From: Eledone cirrhosa
Lineage: Eukaryota
NCBI GenBank assembly: GCA_964016885.1
Contig: OZ024762.1
Coordinates: 27,280,001 to 27,344,000 of the forward strand
Length of the DNA stretch: 64,000 bases
Direction: 5' to 3'
The translations under genes and the position numbers were made by a program. Positions 58,250 through 64,000 of the stretch are shown piece after piece; the stretch's first letter is position 1, and each line of letters begins with the position of its first letter. The notes beneath the pieces were generated by a model that was given only the letters and a program-made list of their open reading frames with translations, had not been told where the DNA came from and made no database searches.

Positions 58250-61200
58250 TTGCTACAAACAGCATGGCTGAACACAACATCAACAACAAAATTAAGGAAG
58301 TACCGAAGACAAATAACAAGGAAGGTAAACAAACTTTATTCAGTTGTAGCTACAGAAGAAACCGAAATTATAAATCGCATTTCTCTTGGAGTTGCGAACT
58401 TAATAATGATTTATTTATTTGTTATAAAATGGCAAAAAACAACCACTCCATTGTCTATATGAACAGAATGAAGCTACACTGGGACGAAATAAACCCAGAG
58501 CTAAATTATTTCACAGCGAAGCAATTACGCCAACAAGCGACGTTTGTTGAACGTAAAAATAAGATAAATATTATTAATTGTAAGTCCCCCACAACAAACA
58601 TGTTATCAACAACACGTGCTACAGGTCACCATGCTACTAGACTTCCTAGCTGAAGAAGGTAGATGAGAGAAAAGTGCTTAATAAAAGATTCAGACGAAAC
58701 CAAACATGAGTCTATAGAGATATGAAGGGCAAAATAATCAGCGTCACTGAGGCCCCATCCCAGAAAGACATAGATTCCTTTTGGAGCAAAATATGGGGTG
58801 AAAAGAAGAATTTCAACCAAGATGCAGTGTGGCTAAGCGAAATCCGAAAGAACTATTGCCCCTACACTACAAAAAAAACATACGAAATAAGTGAGGGTAC
58901 CCTTGAGACTGGGATAGGAAAACTCCAAGATAAGAAAACACCAGGAAGAGACATGATTGTCGGCTACTGGTACAAAAAACTGATATTCTATCGGAGGTAT
59001 CTTACTGATCTCTACCAACAAGTTCTTAAATGAGATACACTTATACCAGAATGGTTGACATTAGCACAAACGTTACTGGTCCCCAAGAACAAAGACACCC
59101 ACTTGGCAAAAAACTACCGTCCCATTGCATGCCAGAACCTGATGTATAAGATGTATACAGCCTGCCTGAACTTATTCCTCCAAGATCACTGTCAAAATAA
59201 TAACATCATCACAGATGAACAAGCAGCTGGAAAGAAAGGGGTTTGGGGATGTGCTGAACAACTCCTAATCAACAAAACTGCGATGTCGGAGGTGCGACAA
59301 CTTAGGAGGAATATGGCTACAGTCTTGGATGATAGAGGCCCTCCAACTTGCTAAAGGCCCAGACATTATTGTCAGAGCCATAGAGAGGCTGTCTTCTTCT
59401 TGGGCTACTATCCTAAGGTTAAAGACAGAGAGGGAGGACTCTATTTTCATTGATAAAATAAAATATAGCAGGGGTATATTTCAGGGGGACAGTCTCTCTG
59501 TGATATTATTTATCTTGTCATTAAACCCCTTGTCCTTTCTGCTCGAGAAATGTGAGGGATACATCATTGGCTCACAGGAGGACAGAAATACGAACCTAAC
59601 CCATAATTTCTTTGTGGACGATCTGAAACTCTACGCCAAGAACATGGATGGGATGAAGAAAAATCTTGACCTGGTTACAACGTTCTCAAAAGATATAGGA
59701 ATGGAGTTTGGCCAAGATAAATGCTCATACATGACTGTAATGCGGGGAAAAACAACAACCCAATCTAGCAACATTGTCATCAATGGCCTAACTGTTTCAC
59801 CGATATCTGATGAGGACTGCTAAAGATACCTGGGGATAGATGAGAACATATTCTATAATGGTATATGTAATAAAGAACGCGTAACCAGGGAATACTACAC
59901 CCGATTAAGAAAGATCTGGTCATCGGAACTCTCTGCGCAAAACAAAACAATGGCTTACAATGTGTTTGCTGTGCCTGTCCTAACACCAACGTTTGGAATA
60001 CTCAATTGGACGATAGACGAAATCCGAGCAGTTGATGTTGGAACTCGAAAAATACTAAACAACACCGGAAACTTCCACATCAACAGTGACATAGACCGCC
60101 TTTACTTGAAACGTAAGCAGGAAGGCAGAGGCCTAACATCAGTCCAGACAACATTTGAATGTCGCATCATATCTCTCCGACAACATCTACGAACCTCGAA
60201 GCGTAGGAGCCCGTTTCTCAAGCAAGTCTAGCTGCATGAAACAGATAAGATCATGAGAGTTGGGAAGGAACTGCTCGAGAGATATTGCCTGTATGATATT
60301 CAAAAACTCACACCCAGGAAAACGCTCAGCAGTATCGCAGTGAATCCATGGATGAAAAACTACATACTTATCAGCAAAAATGCATGCATGGATATGTTGC
60401 CAGGAAGCTCCAGAGTGAGAGTAATATAGATAAGGAAAATAGTCTACCTTGGACCAACAACTGCTATATTGGCTCCCACTTTGAGGGATATGCTTTTGCA
60501 ATCCAAGAACAGGAGATTAACACGAAATACCTGATTCACAAAAGAGATAGGGATGCAGGCAAAACACCGAGATGTGATAACAAGTGCAGACTCTGCAGAA
60601 CTAACATCGAGGATATCATCCATGTCATCAGCAGCTGTCCAAAGATGTCATCGCGGCACTATCTACCTTTGAGGCATGATGTAGTGGCCAAAACACTGTA
60701 CAATGCAGTTCGTAAAAAAGATAGCCCCGATAATAAACACATTAAAAGCTACAGCAATATGGAAGACATCCATGTACATAATATGAAAGAGTACTGGTGG
60801 AATGTTCCAGTAAAAACCCCAATAAAATGCAGGCATAACAGACCAGATATTATGATATGGGACAGGGAGAAGAAAGCATACACAGTAGAGTAAATTAGCT
60901 GCCCAGCAGATGCCAATATAATATCAAAGATTAGTGAAAAGGAGAATATTTATGCAGAACTGATGAGAAATCTGCAGATACTCCACCCTGATTACACCTT
61001 CAGATTTATGCCTGTGATTATTGGGGCACTGGGGTATGTTAGTAGCTGCCTCAATACAAATCTTGAGAAGCTAGGCTTCACAGGAACAGAAAGAACACAA
61101 CTAGTTAGGAAATTACAAGTACAATCCATTAATGGAACAGTAAAAATATGTAAAACATTCCAAAAATGTTGCATCTAATAACTGCAGATACACATGTACA

Positions 61201-61406
61201 GATGCAAAGCAAATACACATGCACACATACAACTCAAAACATACACATTCACACATACAATAACATCCATATCTACACATGCATGCATACATATATATCT
61301 ACCTAGTTGATGTTGTGTACATTCCAATGAGAGAGTCTTGTGTCTATGTTAGAAACCGACTCTCTCTCTATTGGTAAAACTTTGTGAAATTATAAAACCA
61401 GAAGAA
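58250..61406 (+). mobile_element. R4/Dong-clade element family B, long, disrupted, ending in CATA repeats
   Basis: N-terminal ..ICY..A..YMNRMK..W; NYRPIAC; GIFQGDSLS; FFVDDLKLY; CRLC..HVISSC; RHD; NRPDIMIWD. Confidence 0.92.
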
Positions 61407-61425
61407 CATACATACATATGTACCT

Positions 61426-61958
61426 ACATCTGGAACGCACTTCGGAAAACAAAATTAAAAACAAACGAGGAAGAATATATTGAGACAGATGGCACTAAGG
61501 AATACTGGTGGGACCTGAAAATAAAAACTGCCACCAAATTAAAGCACAACGGGCCTGATAGTGTTGTTTGGGACCACACATTGAAAACGTGTTCTGTTGT
61601 GGAGATCAGCTGCCCACTTGATGTAAACGTTCTCAGGAGAAGGAGGACATCTACAGACCATTGATGAGGAGTTTACAAATCCAGTATCCAAGATACACCT
61701 TTAGCTTCTTACCCATCATTATTGGAGGTACGGGTTATATACCAACCCGCTTGGACCAAAGTATGACTGAACTTGGATTTGCGGACAAAGAGCGCAGCTC
61801 CCTAATTCATAGTCTACAATTGGCTGCGATAGCTGGCACCTTCAAAATTTGCAAAACATTCTTGCGATTCAAGGGATGACAATTTCTTTTCTTTTACAAC
61901 TTTTCCACCAGGAAGGTGGCCGGTCAAAAATATACGCGAAATTAAGAGAAAGAGAGAA
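61426..61958 (+). mobile_element. R4/Dong family A 3' fragment followed by (CATA)n
   Basis: Near-identical to 57500-58042; (CATA)n at 61959-62060. Confidence 0.92.
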
Positions 61959-62060
61959 CATACATACATACATACATAGATACATACATACATACATACA
62001 TACATACATACATACATACATACATACATACATACATACATACATACATACATTCATACA

Positions 62061-62325
62061 TGATGGCTACCCCCTCGTTATCGAGTATGGCCATTCCACG
62101 ATATACCATTATTAATAATTATTAATTAATTCTATCGTGCAATGCCTGTACGTGAAGATTTTTTTTTTTAAGTGAAGAAAGACTCTGCACTGAACCAATC
62201 CCACTCTCTGAGCGATAGTAGCTATAAACTGAAAAGAAGAAAAGATCAACATCATCGCTAACTACTGAGCCGCAGCTTTTATATCGGAGTTATCCCAGTT
62301 TCCCGACTTGCCTTCTCCTAGAAGG
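62061..62325 (-). mobile_element. SINE-like element family 2 with RTE-type 3' end and (ATGT)n tail
   Basis: Matches 49770-49988; shares its 3' ~35 nt with the LINE end at 55828. Confidence 0.72.
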
Positions 62326-63054
62326 CATGTATGTATGTAAGTTTGTATGTAGGTAACTTTGTATGTATGTATGTACTTGTACATCCATACATACATATAT
62401 ACATACATACAAACTTGTATGTTTGTATGTATGTATGTATGTATGTATGTCTCTACACACATACATACATACAAACTTACATACCTGCATTCATGCATGC
62501 ATACATATTTACATGCATACATACATGTGCACGCACATGCTTCACATTAAGATGCACACACACGGACATACGCGCACACACACACTCACACATATTCACA
62601 CACCTACTCACCCACATACTACCATATACACACACCTACACCCACACTGAAACCTTTAAAAATACTCAGCACTGATAGTCTTCGACTAAATATAGATCTC
62701 ATTCATTTCATCCTCCATTCAACTATAAACCATTTTTCTATTTTTCCAGAAATGTCTGCTTCCCTACACCGCCCCACACCGACAAACCTCCGCTCCACAC
62801 CGCCGAAGCTCCACCTCACTCACCAACGCATTACCTCTCCAAGAAGCCAATCCTTCTTCGAATCCTCCCACCTCCTCCATCACCGACATCCCCTATCTAT
62901 TTTGGGTTTGGTTGCTACTAAACTATCAGCATGTCTTTTCTCTCTCCCTGTCCCCCACACCCCTATCCTTCTATCTTTACCTGATTATTTTCTATCTCTC
63001 CATCTACTTCTTTATCTATCTATGTATCTACCTATTTATGTATCTATCTATCTG

Positions 63055-63089
<35 letters not shown>

Positions 63090-63122
63090 ATCTATCTATC
63101 TATCTATCTACATATATATATA

Positions 63123-63155
<33 letters not shown>

Positions 63156-63219
63156 GCCCGCCCTCTCTCTTTCTATATATATATATATATTTATATATCT
63201 ATATATGTATATATGTATG

Positions 63220-63294
<75 letters not shown>

Positions 63295-63514
63295 GGAGAG
63301 AGTTTGAGAGAGATATATACATATATATTCAATCACACCTGTGTGTATATGTACATCATCATTATTATTATTAATGTTGTTGTTGTTAACATTATTAAGT
63401 TTCTTAATATAGTAAGATAAAGAGATTTTTACGACTATTTCGCTTCCAGTCACGAATCATTTTTATTATCAATATTATTACTATTATTATTATTATTATT
63501 ATTATTAATTTTAC

Positions 63515-63548
<34 letters not shown>

Positions 63549-63882
63549 GTTATTATTATTATTATTATCATCATCATCATTTTCTTAGAACTTTCTTTAC
63601 AATTAGCTGGCATTTTTCGCCACTTTCTTACAAAGACATTTCCAATCGCTTTTAGCACTGTCATACAACCTTTTTAGTCCAAACACTTTCCTACGTATTT
63701 TAAAAAAGAAGCAATTTATTCGCCAGTTTCCTCTATATAAATATAACGCAGATTGCTGTACAATTTTTACGCGTCCATTACAGCTCTGAAGCAACAAATA
63801 TATGACGTGTGAATATACATATGTGTGTGTATGTGTGTATGTGTATTTATATAGATTTATATATATATATATAAATAAATAA

Positions 63883-63931
<49 letters not shown>

Positions 63932-64000
63932 AATGTATGTATATATATATTTGTGTGTGTTTGTATCTCTATATATTTATATATATGTATATATATATAT

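Overview
Eukaryotic, AT- and microsatellite-rich, TE-dense window with no confidently identifiable host gene. The repeat content suggests a cephalopod mollusc, but that is inference. It contains four R4/Dong-type RLE retrotransposon copies that end in (AAT)n or (CATA)n, one intact two-ORF Tx1/L1-type LINE sitting in (AAT)n plus a truncated relative, three to four Penelope-like elements (PLEs), RTE fragments, two SINE families, and 41-bp and 34-bp satellites. The most interesting signal is a set of mutually unrelated non-coding elements of about 0.45-0.6 kb, several carrying type I hammerhead ribozymes (HHR) with palindromic stem III. The clearest is a young 476-bp tandem array with one HHR and one octamer motif per unit. 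These elements lie in or next to (TA)n tracts and share a PLE-style 5' fold-back inversion. In two cases the inversion point falls within 1-6 nt of the predicted self-cleavage site. This fits a retrozyme-like system mobilised by the neighbouring Penelope RT/GIY-YIG machinery (inference, untested).
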